A stretch of DNA of 64,000 bases from Candidatus Peribacteria bacterium (lineage in GTDB: Bacteria; Patescibacteriota; Gracilibacteria; UBA1369; UBA12463), in contig CALRDN010000002.1 in assembly GCA_943354965.1 (NCBI GenBank), forward strand, positions 38,029 through 102,028, read 5' to 3'. The stretch's first letter is position 1. Each line of letters opens with the position of its first letter. Made by a program: the position numbers and the translations under genes. The notes under the pieces were generated by a model that was not told the origin of the DNA, ran no database searches, and saw only the letters and a list, made by a program, of their open reading frames with translations. Shown in pieces: positions 42,769 through 52,946 of this stretch.

Positions 42769-45700
42769 CTATTTCTTCTTTTCCCCCACTATCCCCACAA
42801 CCTTCCCCGCCAGCTTCACCAAACACTCCTGAAGCTCCTCAACCCAACCCATTCCAAGCTCAGAAATTACAATCTGAAGCTTATTACCGACAATCTGCCA
42901 TTTCGGACTGTATTCAAGTAAATTCATAATATTCTCCGGCTTCACCTTTTTAGAAAGCTGCATAATAATAATCTGCTTATCTTTACCCAAGTGAACATTA
43001 TCCGCCTTCACCTTCGCAACTCCCGCCTTCTTCGCATATAATTTTAACTCAATTACCTTAAACAAATTCAACACCTCTTTCGGCATTTTTCCATAATCCT
43101 CAATAACATCATCCTTCAGCTCAGCCAAATACTCGAACGTATCCGCGCCAGCCATTTTTTGATACAAACTAATTTTATCTTTCGAGCTAACGATATACGA
43201 ATCAGGGACATAACAGGTCAAAGGAAGCTCTACGGATACATCTTCCACCTCATCCGCCTTATCAGCCGACTTACCAGAATTTAAATCCTCAACGGCTTTA
43301 TTTAACATACGAATAAAATGACTCACACCCACAACATTAATTACTCCACTCTGCTTCGCGCCCAAAATTTCACCAGCGCCGCGAATTTCTAAATCTTTCA
43401 TAGCTATTTGGAATCCTGAGCCTAGCTCAGAAGCCTCCACGATCGCTTTTAAGCGACGTTTAGCATCTAACTTAAGTCTCTGCCCATGATAGAGGAAGTA
43501 GGCGTATGCCTGGACCTTTCCTCGACCCACTCGTCCACGTAACTGATACAACTGTGCTAACCCAAATCGCTCTGCATTATTTACCAACAACGTATTCGCA
43601 TTTGGAAGATCAATACCATTCTCAATAATTGTTGAACTCACCAATACATCAAATTTATGTTCCGTGAATTGCAGAATTTTCTCCTCTAACTGGCTAGATC
43701 CCATCTGTCCATGAGCAACACCAACACGTGCCTCAGGAATCAACTGGCGCAACTTCTCGGCCATCGAATCAATCGTCTGAACTTTGTTATGCAAGAAATA
43801 AACCTGCCCGCCGCGCTGTACCTCGCGCAAAATCGCATCACGAATTAATGTCATCCCAAAGCGTCTCACCTCAGTAATAATAGGCAAACGACCCGGTGGT
43901 GGTGTAGTAATCGTCGTAACATCTCTCAGTTTATTAAGCGCAATATTTAACGTTCTTGGAATAGGAGTTGCAGTTAATGTTAACACATCCACACCGGCCT
44001 TAATTTTCTTCAAAGACTCTTTCTGGGTAACACCAAACCTCTGTTCCTCATCCACCACAATCAATCCAAGATTTTTAAATTTAACATCCGGCTGTAATAA
44101 TCTATGTGTACCAATAACAATATCAACCTCACCTTTTTCTAATCGCTGAAGAGTTAATTTCTGCTCCTTGGCCGAAACAAATCGACTCATCATCGCAATA
44201 CGCACATCAAACTGATTCATGCGTTTCGTAAACGTCTGATAATGCTGATCGGTCAAAATAGTAATAGGAGAAATAAAAGCCACCTGTTTTCCAGCTCTCA
44301 CAGCCTTGAAAGCGGCACGGACTGCAACTTCCGTCTTCCCAAATCCTACATCTCCACACACTAATCTATCCATAGGTGAAGCCTTCTCCATATCTGCCTT
44401 AACATCCAAAATCGCTTTGATCTGACCAGGTGTTTCTTCGTAAGGAAATGACTCGGCAAGTAAAATTTCATCTTTATTATCTGCCGGAAAAGCATATCCA
44501 ACTGCTCTCTTGCGCTCCGCATATAACATCAACAACTCCTTCGCTATAATCTCTGTTTCTTTCTTCACCTTACTTGTAATAGAACTCCACTCCGTCGATC
44601 CAAGACGTGTTAACTTCGGCATCGAATCCTCTGACCCAATATATTTTCCAACTTTATCAGCCTGATCAATAGGAACAAATAATTTATCATTTTCAGCATA
44701 CCCGAGTTTTAAATACTCTCGAGTAACATTATCAACTGTTCGCTGCTCCAAACCAAGAAACAGAGCAATACCATGGTCAGCATGTACCACAAAATCCCCA
44801 ATCTTCAACCCGGACATCAAATCAGAAAACACTCTCTGGTTACTATTTACCGACTTTTTTTTATCATCTCGTAGTATTGAAATTTCCTTATCCGTCAAAA
44901 TAGAAAGTTTAATCTCAGGATTCTGAAAAGCATACGGAAAGGTGTCATCCCTCCCCTCTTCGATGAGATAAATCCTACCTCCATCAGGGCTCACATCCTC
45001 AAAAACATCCGTAAAAGGAATATTGTGAGTATGAAAAATCTCCGTGAGTTGTTTTTTATTCTTTGTAAAAATCAAAACATTCCATCCATTACCTTTCTTG
45101 GCAATTAAATCATTCGTAAAATCAAAGAGGTCTACATATCGCAAACTCGTAAGGTAATGTAGGTGCTGATGATTATCCCCATCCTCATTAAATAATGTGA
45201 AAATAACACTCTTACATCTCGCATAAACATGAGAAACAAGCGCATTCCAGCCATCATACATATCATCAGTAATATCTAATTCATCTTCCACAAATAAACA
45301 ATCCTTCTGAATATAATCTGTTAACTTTCCATCCCAATTCTGGAAAAATAATGAATACAAAGAAACATTCTCTACGTCTTTTATTGAGCCAGGCTGTAAT
45401 AATCGTATCTTCTCAATCCCCTCAAAACCAATCTCAATCTGAACAGGATAGGTTAAATTTACCGGCCAAACAATAAGGGTATCTCCGGTGCGGTAATACT
45501 CCCCAACATCAATAGACTGATTATCGGAAGCGACCGTATATCCCCACTCCATAAGAAGCTCAAACACACGAACGGGATCAACTGCATCACCCTTTGAAAT
45601 TTTCAAAATATTATCAGAAAAATCCTTAACATTAGGATATTGAAGATAAAAATAAGAAGCCGGTACAACCAAGGAACAAATATCCGCGGATAAAAAACGA

Positions 45701-46059
45701 GACAAAAACACTGAAATTTGTATCTGATTATATCTCTTTTCCTCCCTACTACATTTTTGTATATCAACTACCTGCCAATCATCACCACCATGAAGATCAA
45801 GACTGTAAGCGGGTAAACCCGTCCAACGAGGAATATCCTGGATAAAAACATCTCTTTCAGATTTATTATTCACCGCCCATACCGTCTTTGTAAATGTATT
45901 CTTAGAATTCTGGAGAATATCAGCAACTGTAAAAACACGAGAAGAATAACCCGTAGACCCAGATAGAGTAATAGAATTATGTTCATGGAACACATTCAAA
46001 ACCCTATGATATATAGGATAACCAAAATGACTCATTAATGACTCGTACATCTTACTCAC
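42769..46059 (-). CDS. mfd: transcription-repair coupling factor
   Basis: RNAP-interacting (CarD-like) region, helicase motifs GDVGFGKTEVA and VVDEEQRFGV, and the TRG motif region. GTG start with AAGGAA 5 nt upstream, 21 nt after dnaN. Confidence 0.95.
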   Translation of the reverse strand: MSKMYESLMSHFGYPIYHRVLNVFHEHNSITLSGSTGYSSRVFTVADILQNSKNTFTKTVWAVNNKSERDVFIQDIPRWTGLPAYSLDLHGGDDWQVVDIQKCSREEKRYNQIQISVFLSRFLSADICSLVVPASYFYLQYPNVKDFSDNILKISKGDAVDPVRVFELLMEWGYTVASDNQSIDVGEYYRTGDTLIVWPVNLTYPVQIEIGFEGIEKIRLLQPGSIKDVENVSLYSLFFQNWDGKLTDYIQKDCLFVEDELDITDDMYDGWNALVSHVYARCKSVIFTLFNEDGDNHQHLHYLTSLRYVDLFDFTNDLIAKKGNGWNVLIFTKNKKQLTEIFHTHNIPFTDVFEDVSPDGGRIYLIEEGRDDTFPYAFQNPEIKLSILTDKEISILRDDKKKSVNSNQRVFSDLMSGLKIGDFVVHADHGIALFLGLEQRTVDNVTREYLKLGYAENDKLFVPIDQADKVGKYIGSEDSMPKLTRLGSTEWSSITSKVKKETEIIAKELLMLYAERKRAVGYAFPADNKDEILLAESFPYEETPGQIKAILDVKADMEKASPMDRLVCGDVGFGKTEVAVRAAFKAVRAGKQVAFISPITILTDQHYQTFTKRMNQFDVRIAMMSRFVSAKEQKLTLQRLEKGEVDIVIGTHRLLQPDVKFKNLGLIVVDEEQRFGVTQKESLKKIKAGVDVLTLTATPIPRTLNIALNKLRDVTTITTPPPGRLPIITEVRRFGMTLIRDAILREVQRGGQVYFLHNKVQTIDSMAEKLRQLIPEARVGVAHGQMGSSQLEEKILQFTEHKFDVLVSSTIIENGIDLPNANTLLVNNAERFGLAQLYQLRGRVGRGKVQAYAYFLYHGQRLKLDAKRRLKAIVEASELGSGFQIAMKDLEIRGAGEILGAKQSGVINVVGVSHFIRMLNKAVEDLNSGKSADKADEVEDVSVELPLTCYVPDSYIVSSKDKISLYQKMAGADTFEYLAELKDDVIEDYGKMPKEVLNLFKVIELKLYAKKAGVAKVKADNVHLGKDKQIIIMQLSKKVKPENIMNLLEYSPKWQIVGNKLQIVISELGMGWVEELQECLVKLAGKVVGIVGEKKK

Positions 46060-46080
46060 AAATCGTTTCCTTGATTGAAT

Positions 46081-47187
46081 TTATACTTTGAGTGGCATGA
46101 TAATATAGACATAATTGTCATCTTTGCAAGGCTTAATCACAACAGGTGATAACTTGTCATTCATCTCAATAAAGATCCTTGAAGCTCCAATAGACGCCAA
46201 AACATCTAATAAATACTCCGCATTTAAAGCTGTTTTATTATTCTCTCCTGTTAAAACAATATCAACCTCAGCTCTATCTTCACCTACTTTTGTCTCATCC
46301 GTAGAGATAGTTAATTTACCATCGTTCGTAACTGATACTTTTACACTATTATTACTTTCTCGTGCAAAAAGACTTACACGCTTCATATTTAATTGAAGCT
46401 CCTGTGTATCAACTTCAGCTTTAGACTTACTATCCTTCGGAATAATACGCTCATAATCCGGAAATCGACCCTCAATAAGACGAGATGTGAACTCAATATC
46501 CCCAATTCTAAACAAAATCTGATTCTTTGTAATATCAACAAAAACCTCCTGAGCTGTAGTTTTTGAAAGTAATTTCCCAAGCTCTTGAACAGTTTTTACA
46601 GGAATAATACACTCAACTAATTCGTCTTTTCCTTTTACAAGCTCAATTTTCTTCTCTGCTAAACGATAACTATCAGTAGCAACCATCTTTAAAGTTTTCT
46701 TATCCACAACCATCAAAACTCCTGATAATACTGGTCTTGAAGAATTTTGTGATGCTGCAAAAGCAACCTGCTGAATAGCAAGATTCAAATCTTTAACTGG
46801 CAATACAAGATCACTCCCCTTATCTACCTGGGGAATAACAGGAAATTCATCTGCATGAATACCTTTCATTTTTGTCTGAGATTTATCCGCCTTAACCGTA
46901 AAATTAAGACCTTCTGTAGCGCTAATTTCAAGTTTCTCATTTGGTAATAATGAAACATAACTCATTAATAATTTAGCAGGAACGGTTATAGAACCTTCAT
47001 TTCGAACTTCACACTCAAAGAAATACCGAACAGCAATCTCTAAATTCGTAGCTGAGAAAAACAAATTCTTACCCTCAGCTTTAATGAGAATATTATTTAA
47101 TACCGGCAAAGTATTACTTGAACTTATTGCTCTACCGACGATATCCAAAGCATCTAAAAATTTCTTTTGTTCGCAAAGTACTTTCAT
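46081..47187 (-). CDS. dnaN: DNA polymerase III beta sliding clamp
   Basis: 368 aa with the three-domain clamp pattern (MKVLCEQKKFLDAL..., ..YVYIIMPLKV). A TATAAT box at 47194-47199 lies 6 nt upstream of the ATG. Confidence 0.95.
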   Translation of the reverse strand: MKVLCEQKKFLDALDIVGRAISSSNTLPVLNNILIKAEGKNLFFSATNLEIAVRYFFECEVRNEGSITVPAKLLMSYVSLLPNEKLEISATEGLNFTVKADKSQTKMKGIHADEFPVIPQVDKGSDLVLPVKDLNLAIQQVAFAASQNSSRPVLSGVLMVVDKKTLKMVATDSYRLAEKKIELVKGKDELVECIIPVKTVQELGKLLSKTTAQEVFVDITKNQILFRIGDIEFTSRLIEGRFPDYERIIPKDSKSKAEVDTQELQLNMKRVSLFARESNNSVKVSVTNDGKLTISTDETKVGEDRAEVDIVLTGENNKTALNAEYLLDVLASIGASRIFIEMNDKLSPVVIKPCKDDNYVYIIMPLKV

Positions 47188-47683
47188 GTGCCTATTATAT
47201 CTACCTACCCTTAGAAAACAACCTAATCTCTATAATTCTTTTCTTTATGTTTTTATCTTTAATTGTTTCTCCCTGTATCTCTGTTATTTTATGAATATAA
47301 AAATAGTAGTAGATAGTGAGCTCCGACTTTTGCACCATTTATGGGTAAGAAATGTGTATAACTCATGAATTCTAGTGAGTATTAGGCTTAAAACGTTTTG
47401 AACAATGATAAATATTGGTAATAAACTTATGGGTATATGTGTAAAAGTAGAGATAGATAATCCCCTTTTACACAGGTGTTGCAAAAGTATGAAAGTATAA
47501 TAAAGATATCTTTCCTTTAGATGTGGATAGTATGTATAAAATGGGTAAAAGTGGTAAAAATAGCTTTGATTACAGAGAAATACCCTGTTGTTATTTTGGG
47601 TGGTTGATAAGTAGTACATAACTTGTGGAAAACGATATATTTTCCTGTACTTTGAAGCTAAAGTTAGGTAAACTACTCTGGCT
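47188..47683. other. candidate replication origin region (AT-rich, DnaA-box-like 9-mers) between divergent dnaN and rny
   Basis: DnaA-box-like 9-mers: TGTGTATAA 47353-47361, TGTGTAAAA 47438-47446, TTTTACACA 47466-47474, TGTGGATAG 47522-47530, TGTGGAAAA 47624-47632. AT-rich tract at 47230-47320. ATGGGTA occurs three times (47341, 47429, 47541). Confidence 0.35.
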
Positions 47684-49267
47684 ATGACTATGGAATATAT
47701 AAGTATTATTGGATTTTTCGCCATCGGGATCGCGGCGGTGCTATTTCTTTCGAAAAGGAAGGGAATGAGTAGTGATGAGGTGATAAAAATAGGAAATGAA
47801 AAAAAAGACAAAGCTAGGGTTGAGGCTGAGGTTCTGAGGAAGAGCGCATTACAGAAGATAGATGAGATGAAGAATAGCACCGTGGAGTCAGAGAAGAGTT
47901 TTAATGAATTTCTCGAGAAGATAGAAGAGTCTATTAAGTCTAAGGAAGAGGTTGTAGCCAAGCGCGAACTGAAAAACGATGATTTGAGAGCGGTGATTAC
48001 AAAGGAAAATGAAGAGAAGGCGAAGCTACAAGCGGAACTTAAAAAGATAGATGAGGAGCGTGTAGGATCCCTGGAAAAGAGGGCGCAAAAGAATGCATTA
48101 GATATAAAGAAAGAATTAGTTCAGTCCCTGGAGAATGAATTAACAGAAGATAATGAGAGGAAGTTGAAAAAGTTAGAAGAGTATTACAAGGAAAACGCAG
48201 AGAAAGAGGCGAGAAACACCGTGTTAAGCGCTCTACAGAGGCTTTCTACAGCAACTTCAAATGAGAAAAAAGGATCCCAGTTAAAAGTAGTAAACGATTT
48301 AAATAAGCCGAATGTAGTAGGAATGAACGCGGAAAATATTATCTTCCTCGAAGAGCAGCTTGATAATGTAGATATTATTTTTAATGACTTCCCGGGAATC
48401 GTTACTATCTCTCATTATAACCTCATCACAAGGCACATTACGAAGAAGACCCTCGATAAGCTCTTTTCTTATAGGGGCCCTATATCAAAAGCCACCGTTA
48501 CGGCAAAAATAGAAGAGGCAAAAAAGGATGTCGACAGAGAGTTGCTCGCTATAGGCAGGGATGCCTTGAGGCGTATAAATATTAAACGTGTACTTCCCGA
48601 TGAGTGTTTACAGGTAATTGGGCGTCTCCAATTTCGTACAAGTTATGGTCAGAATATTATGCGCCACTCCTATGAGGTGGGAATATTCGCCCTCATGATG
48701 GCGTATGAGCTTGGATTAGATATTGAAACGGCCAAGATAAGCGGATTCCTCCATGATCTCGGAAAGGCCATTGATCAAAACCCGGATATCATAGGAGCAC
48801 ATGATTTTCTTACAAAAGAGTTAATGGAGAAGTATGCCTGCTTCCAGGAGTGTGAGATTCATGCCGCATGGACACATCATGATTCTGAGCCACCAAAAAC
48901 TCCCGAAGCCTTCCTCGTAAAAGGAGCAGACGCTATCTCGGCGGGTCGTCCTGGCGCGCGCGCTGAATCGCTCGATAGATACGTCGAGAGACTGAACGCG
49001 TTGCAGGATATCGCAATGTCATACGAAGGTGTGGACAAGGTTTCAGCCATGTCCGCAGGAAGAGAGCTGCGCGTCTTGGTAAGCCCGGGAAGCGTGCATG
49101 ACAAGGAGATGCAGCCACTAGCGGATGTGATCGCCAGTGAGATCAAGGAAAAAGTCGCATATCCCGGATATGTGCGAGTAAATATTATTAGAACTACAAA
49201 ATCAGCGGATATTGCTCGACCTCGCCCTAGCGAGGGTGTCCAAAGCGGGAAGGCGATATCCACATAA
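47684..49267 (+). CDS. rny: ribonuclease Y
   Basis: N-terminal TM helix, a K/E-rich coiled coil, a KH domain, and an HD domain (HSYEVG..GFLHDLGKA). Confidence 0.9.
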   Translation: MTMEYISIIGFFAIGIAAVLFLSKRKGMSSDEVIKIGNEKKDKARVEAEVLRKSALQKIDEMKNSTVESEKSFNEFLEKIEESIKSKEEVVAKRELKNDDLRAVITKENEEKAKLQAELKKIDEERVGSLEKRAQKNALDIKKELVQSLENELTEDNERKLKKLEEYYKENAEKEARNTVLSALQRLSTATSNEKKGSQLKVVNDLNKPNVVGMNAENIIFLEEQLDNVDIIFNDFPGIVTISHYNLITRHITKKTLDKLFSYRGPISKATVTAKIEEAKKDVDRELLAIGRDALRRINIKRVLPDECLQVIGRLQFRTSYGQNIMRHSYEVGIFALMMAYELGLDIETAKISGFLHDLGKAIDQNPDIIGAHDFLTKELMEKYACFQECEIHAAWTHHDSEPPKTPEAFLVKGADAISAGRPGARAESLDRYVERLNALQDIAMSYEGVDKVSAMSAGRELRVLVSPGSVHDKEMQPLADVIASEIKEKVAYPGYVRVNIIRTTKSADIARPRPSEGVQSGKAIST

Positions 49268-49290
49268 TATATCTTTAAACCTCACTCACA

Positions 49291-49578
49291 ATGGCAGAAG
49301 ATAAAAAAATTACAAAGGCAGTCGACAAGCTCGTTATGGGCATGATAATCGGCGGTGCGGTCGGATCAGTTTTGGGTATGGCCTTCTCTCCTAAGTCAGG
49401 AAAAGAGAATAGAAAGTTAGTGCAAAACAAAGTCGATGATATAAGAGAAATGGCTAGTGGAGCTAAAGATGATTTTGTACGTGAGCATAAAAAAGAAATC
49501 ACCTCGGTGAAGAAGGGATTATTTTCATTTATGACAAAAACCCTTCACCCAAAAAAGAAGAGAACTTCTCATGAATAA
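49291..49578 (+). CDS. YtxH-domain protein
   Basis: GMIIGGAVGSVLGMAFSPKSGKENRK is the typical YtxH N-terminal helix. Confidence 0.7.
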   Translation: MAEDKKITKAVDKLVMGMIIGGAVGSVLGMAFSPKSGKENRKLVQNKVDDIREMASGAKDDFVREHKKEITSVKKGLFSFMTKTLHPKKKRTSHE

Positions 49579-51184
49579 AATTAGTTTTTTTAAAGGTGGA
49601 AACCCATGGGGAGTTACGAAGGGTATTTTTATTACACTCCTTATTTTGGTGTTTAGTTTTTCGCTTGCCTATGCGGCTTATATTATCTCAATAGAAAGAG
49701 AATTGCAGGTGAAAAAAGATGAATTTCTCACGTCGGGAATCGCGGTTCAATTTGAAAACAGGAGTATAATCATCAGCCCGATCGCGGTCGAAACATTTGC
49801 CGACCAGGTGCAGGTGGCCCTCGTGGTTCCATCACTAGAGAAAAAATCAGCCGTGTTGAGACGTATCAAGGGGCAGTATAAGATCGACCCGGAAGTGATA
49901 GGGTTTAGATTGGATAGAGATGCTCTTTTAAGTGACCTCCAAGGGAGAGTAAGAACTTTTTCCAAGGTACCGATTGTGGCGAAACTAGTAAATGAGAGCC
50001 CGGAAATACTGCAATCCGATTTACGATCACAGCTACCTCGAATTCTGAAGAAGCTCGATACGCCAATTGTAGCATCATCCAAGGATTTTAGTTTCACGCT
50101 GCGGCTCAGAGACCATATGGATCTCGTAGAATTTCATAAAAATGCAGACATAGAGGTGAGTCTCACGAAAGACCCATTCACACAATTTGTTACGAACGAC
50201 TGGTTGAAAAAAATTAACAGACCAATGGTGGCTGTATCGATATCAAAAGGTAAGGGCGATAAGTTGCAGTTTGACGGGAAGGGTAAAAGCGGGCTGGTAT
50301 TAAATATAGAAGAATTGCGGCATGTTGCGAATACGGCGCTTCTGGGAGATATAGTCAAAATAGAGCTTCCCATCGAGGAGCAGCCATTTACAGTGAGTTC
50401 CTCGCCTGAGGTCCAGGCCATGGGTATCAAAGAAGTGTTGAGCGTGGGGCATACGACCTATTATGGCTCCCCTGCTAATCGCATGTTTAATATTAGCGTC
50501 GGTATGAGAAAATTTGACGGGGTCGTTATACCGCCAGGTGAGGTTTTTTCTTTTAACAAAAATTTAGGGCCGGTTGATGGAGGAAACGGATTTTTGAAGG
50601 AGTTGGTCATCAAACCGGAAGGCACTATTCCTGAGTTTGGAGGAGGCCTTTGCCAAGTGTCTACGACGGCGTATAGAGCGGCACTCTATGCCGGTCTGCC
50701 GATAGTAGAGCGCACTCCGCACTCATATGCCGTGAGCTATTACTCCCAGGTTGGAGGGCATGGCATCGATGCAACAATTTATCCCGGAGTGAGAGATTTG
50801 AAATTTAAGAATGATACATCAGGAAGCATCGCTATGCAGTCGTACGCAGAGGGGTCTGAGGCGTATTTTATTCTCTATGGCAGTAATGATGGCCGTACGG
50901 TGAAGATGGAGGGCCCTGATATCACTAATCGCCATAGCGATGGAACTACGGAAAATACCAAGACGACTACATTGCCGGTAGGGAAAATACAGCGAATAGA
51001 AACCGCCCATCAGGGATTCAATACGCTCTGGTACCGTTACATAACTCTTCCGGGAGGCCTAGCATCAAAAGAAGAAATCGCCAGCCAGTATAGGGCTACG
51101 AGAAACAGGTTCCTCGTAGGGGCCACGGCAGAAGAAATCGCAGGAGGAGTGAAGGGACCAGCAACGCCAAGTTTCAAGGACTAG
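49571..51184 (+). CDS. VanW-family protein with an N-terminal membrane anchor
   Basis: GGGLCQVSTTAYRAALYAGLPIVERTPHSYAVSYY is the VanW core. It overlaps the ytxH-like stop by 8 nt. Confidence 0.8.
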   Translation: MNKISFFKGGNPWGVTKGIFITLLILVFSFSLAYAAYIISIERELQVKKDEFLTSGIAVQFENRSIIISPIAVETFADQVQVALVVPSLEKKSAVLRRIKGQYKIDPEVIGFRLDRDALLSDLQGRVRTFSKVPIVAKLVNESPEILQSDLRSQLPRILKKLDTPIVASSKDFSFTLRLRDHMDLVEFHKNADIEVSLTKDPFTQFVTNDWLKKINRPMVAVSISKGKGDKLQFDGKGKSGLVLNIEELRHVANTALLGDIVKIELPIEEQPFTVSSSPEVQAMGIKEVLSVGHTTYYGSPANRMFNISVGMRKFDGVVIPPGEVFSFNKNLGPVDGGNGFLKELVIKPEGTIPEFGGGLCQVSTTAYRAALYAGLPIVERTPHSYAVSYYSQVGGHGIDATIYPGVRDLKFKNDTSGSIAMQSYAEGSEAYFILYGSNDGRTVKMEGPDITNRHSDGTTENTKTTTLPVGKIQRIETAHQGFNTLWYRYITLPGGLASKEEIASQYRATRNRFLVGATAEEIAGGVKGPATPSFKD

Positions 51185-51192
51185 GCGAAGGA

Positions 51193-51993
51193 CTAAATGA
51201 GTGATGTGTTGGAGTCGTCAGGTATGCCACTCTTATTATCGATGCGCTTGAGGAGGACTCGTGCGGTTTTTCGAAGAGAGCTCTTTGCTCCTTCATGCTT
51301 AAGGATATTCTGGACAATAGTTCGTGCCGGAATAAGCTCTTCCATATCACAATAGGTCTCAGCCAATAGAAGACGATAGTCATTATGTTGGGGATCAAGT
51401 CGGAAGGCCTTTTGTATGGCCTCAACGGCAGATGGATAATCCCCTAGCTCTCGATATACATGGGCCAGGCTGATGTATCGTGCTGCTCTATTTGGATCGA
51501 GAGCGATAGCTTCTTTATAGACGTTTTTAGCTTCTTCAAAATTATGCTGCATATAGAGCGCCATTCCCAAATTCGATAACGCGAGTGGGTCCTTGGGGGA
51601 GATGGCGAGTATCTTTCTGAATATTGCCTCTGCCTTCTTGGCGAGCTGTTTCTTGAGATAGATTAATCCCAGTCTCATATTGGTCTCGATGTGTTCGTCA
51701 TCCAGAGAAAGGACCTGGATATAGAGACGTTCCGCCTCATCTAGATCGCCATTTTCAAAGTAAGCCTCCGCACTCATAAACGTATCCTTCAGCGTTTTTT
51801 GCTGTTCGGGCGTGAGGAGAAGCATCTCAACTTGCTGCTCTTTTTCCTCCTGTTTTTCGGCGACTCTTTTTACATGAAGACGCTGGAGCATTTCTTTTGC
51901 CCAAGAACCTTTTTGCTGAAGCTCAAGGTGTTTTTTCCAGTAGACGAGAACTAAACCGACGGCCGATATTAAACCAAGAAAAAAATAGATCAT
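51193..51993 (-). CDS. membrane-anchored tetratricopeptide-repeat protein
   Basis: An N-terminal TM helix followed by 4-5 TPR-like 34-aa units (..AEAYFENGDLDEAERLY.., ..LGMALYMQHNFEEAKNVYKEAIALDP..). Confidence 0.7.
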   Translation of the reverse strand: MIYFFLGLISAVGLVLVYWKKHLELQQKGSWAKEMLQRLHVKRVAEKQEEKEQQVEMLLLTPEQQKTLKDTFMSAEAYFENGDLDEAERLYIQVLSLDDEHIETNMRLGLIYLKKQLAKKAEAIFRKILAISPKDPLALSNLGMALYMQHNFEEAKNVYKEAIALDPNRAARYISLAHVYRELGDYPSAVEAIQKAFRLDPQHNDYRLLLAETYCDMEELIPARTIVQNILKHEGAKSSLRKTARVLLKRIDNKSGIPDDSNTSLI

Positions 51994-52019
51994 ATAGCGG
52001 GGTGCAGTATATATCGAAA

Positions 52020-52928
52020 TTAGAAGGAAAGCATCATATTTTCCAGAAGCAGCCGTGGATTCACATGTTGGCGCAAGGCGGTTTTCGAGGCGATGATTTT
52101 ATCCAACAATGCGAGGTAACGAGCATCTGTTCCCGGTCCCACTTCTATCATTTTCTTCCTGGCAAGATGAGTGAAAATATCCAAAAAAATACCAACCTTA
52201 TTCGAGTCTTCAATCAACTCCTGGAGATAGGCAAAACGTTCGAATATATTATTAAAGGCAAAAAAGCGGTTTATATCGCGATACAACATCGTATAAAACT
52301 CCATCATATCGGGATCTTCCAAGATTTTAAAAGCGACTCCCGGCCTCCCGAGAGATAGTTCACAAGCCAATTCCAGCGTCTTCGGTTCACGATCCATGTA
52401 CTCCAGACTTAGAAAATCCAAAAGTTCGGCACTTGAACAGGTCTGGAAATTCAAGGTTCGGGACCTCGAAATTACCGTCGGAAGAAGCTCAAGAATATTA
52501 TCCGTCGTAATCATAAAAAGTGTCTGTGGCGGCGGCTCTTCAAGCATCTTGAGCAAACAGTTCGCGGCCTCGGTAGTCATACGTTCAGCGCGCTCAATGA
52601 TAACGATTTTGTATCGCGCACTCGGCGTGAGATAGAGGCGATTCAGGAGATCCCTAATAGCATCAATCCCGAGCGTCTCCCCATCATCCCGGAACTCCAT
52701 CGTCTCGCTATGGATGCCTTTGCTAATTTGGGAGCATGTCACACAGTCATGACAAAACCCCTGTTCGCACTGGAGAATATGCGCCATCGTTAGGGCAACG
52801 GTATGTTTCCCAATCTGCGGCGGCCCCGCAAAAATATAGGAGTGAGCAACGTTCTCAGTCTCCACATCCTTCTCGAGCTGCTCCAGCAGCGGAAGATGCC
52901 CTACGATATGCCAACGATAACGAGTCAT
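52020..52928 (-). CDS. holB: DNA polymerase III delta-prime subunit
   Basis: HSYIFAGPPQIGKHTVA P-loop-like motif, a CxxC zinc module (CHDCVTC), and the SRSR (sensor) motif. Confidence 0.8.
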   Translation of the reverse strand: MTRYRWHIVGHLPLLEQLEKDVETENVAHSYIFAGPPQIGKHTVALTMAHILQCEQGFCHDCVTCSQISKGIHSETMEFRDDGETLGIDAIRDLLNRLYLTPSARYKIVIIERAERMTTEAANCLLKMLEEPPPQTLFMITTDNILELLPTVISRSRTLNFQTCSSAELLDFLSLEYMDREPKTLELACELSLGRPGVAFKILEDPDMMEFYTMLYRDINRFFAFNNIFERFAYLQELIEDSNKVGIFLDIFTHLARKKMIEVGPGTDARYLALLDKIIASKTALRQHVNPRLLLENMMLSF

Positions 52929-52946
52929 GTAGTTTGTATAATGAGT

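Noticed and set aside
47284-47961. 225-aa minus-strand ORF spanning the dnaN-rny intergenic region and the 5' part of rny
   Set aside because: It has a low-complexity, Ser/Phe/Leu/Ile-rich translation of AT-rich DNA. It is antisense to the well-supported RNase Y N-terminus and runs through the candidate origin/promoter region. There are no start signals.
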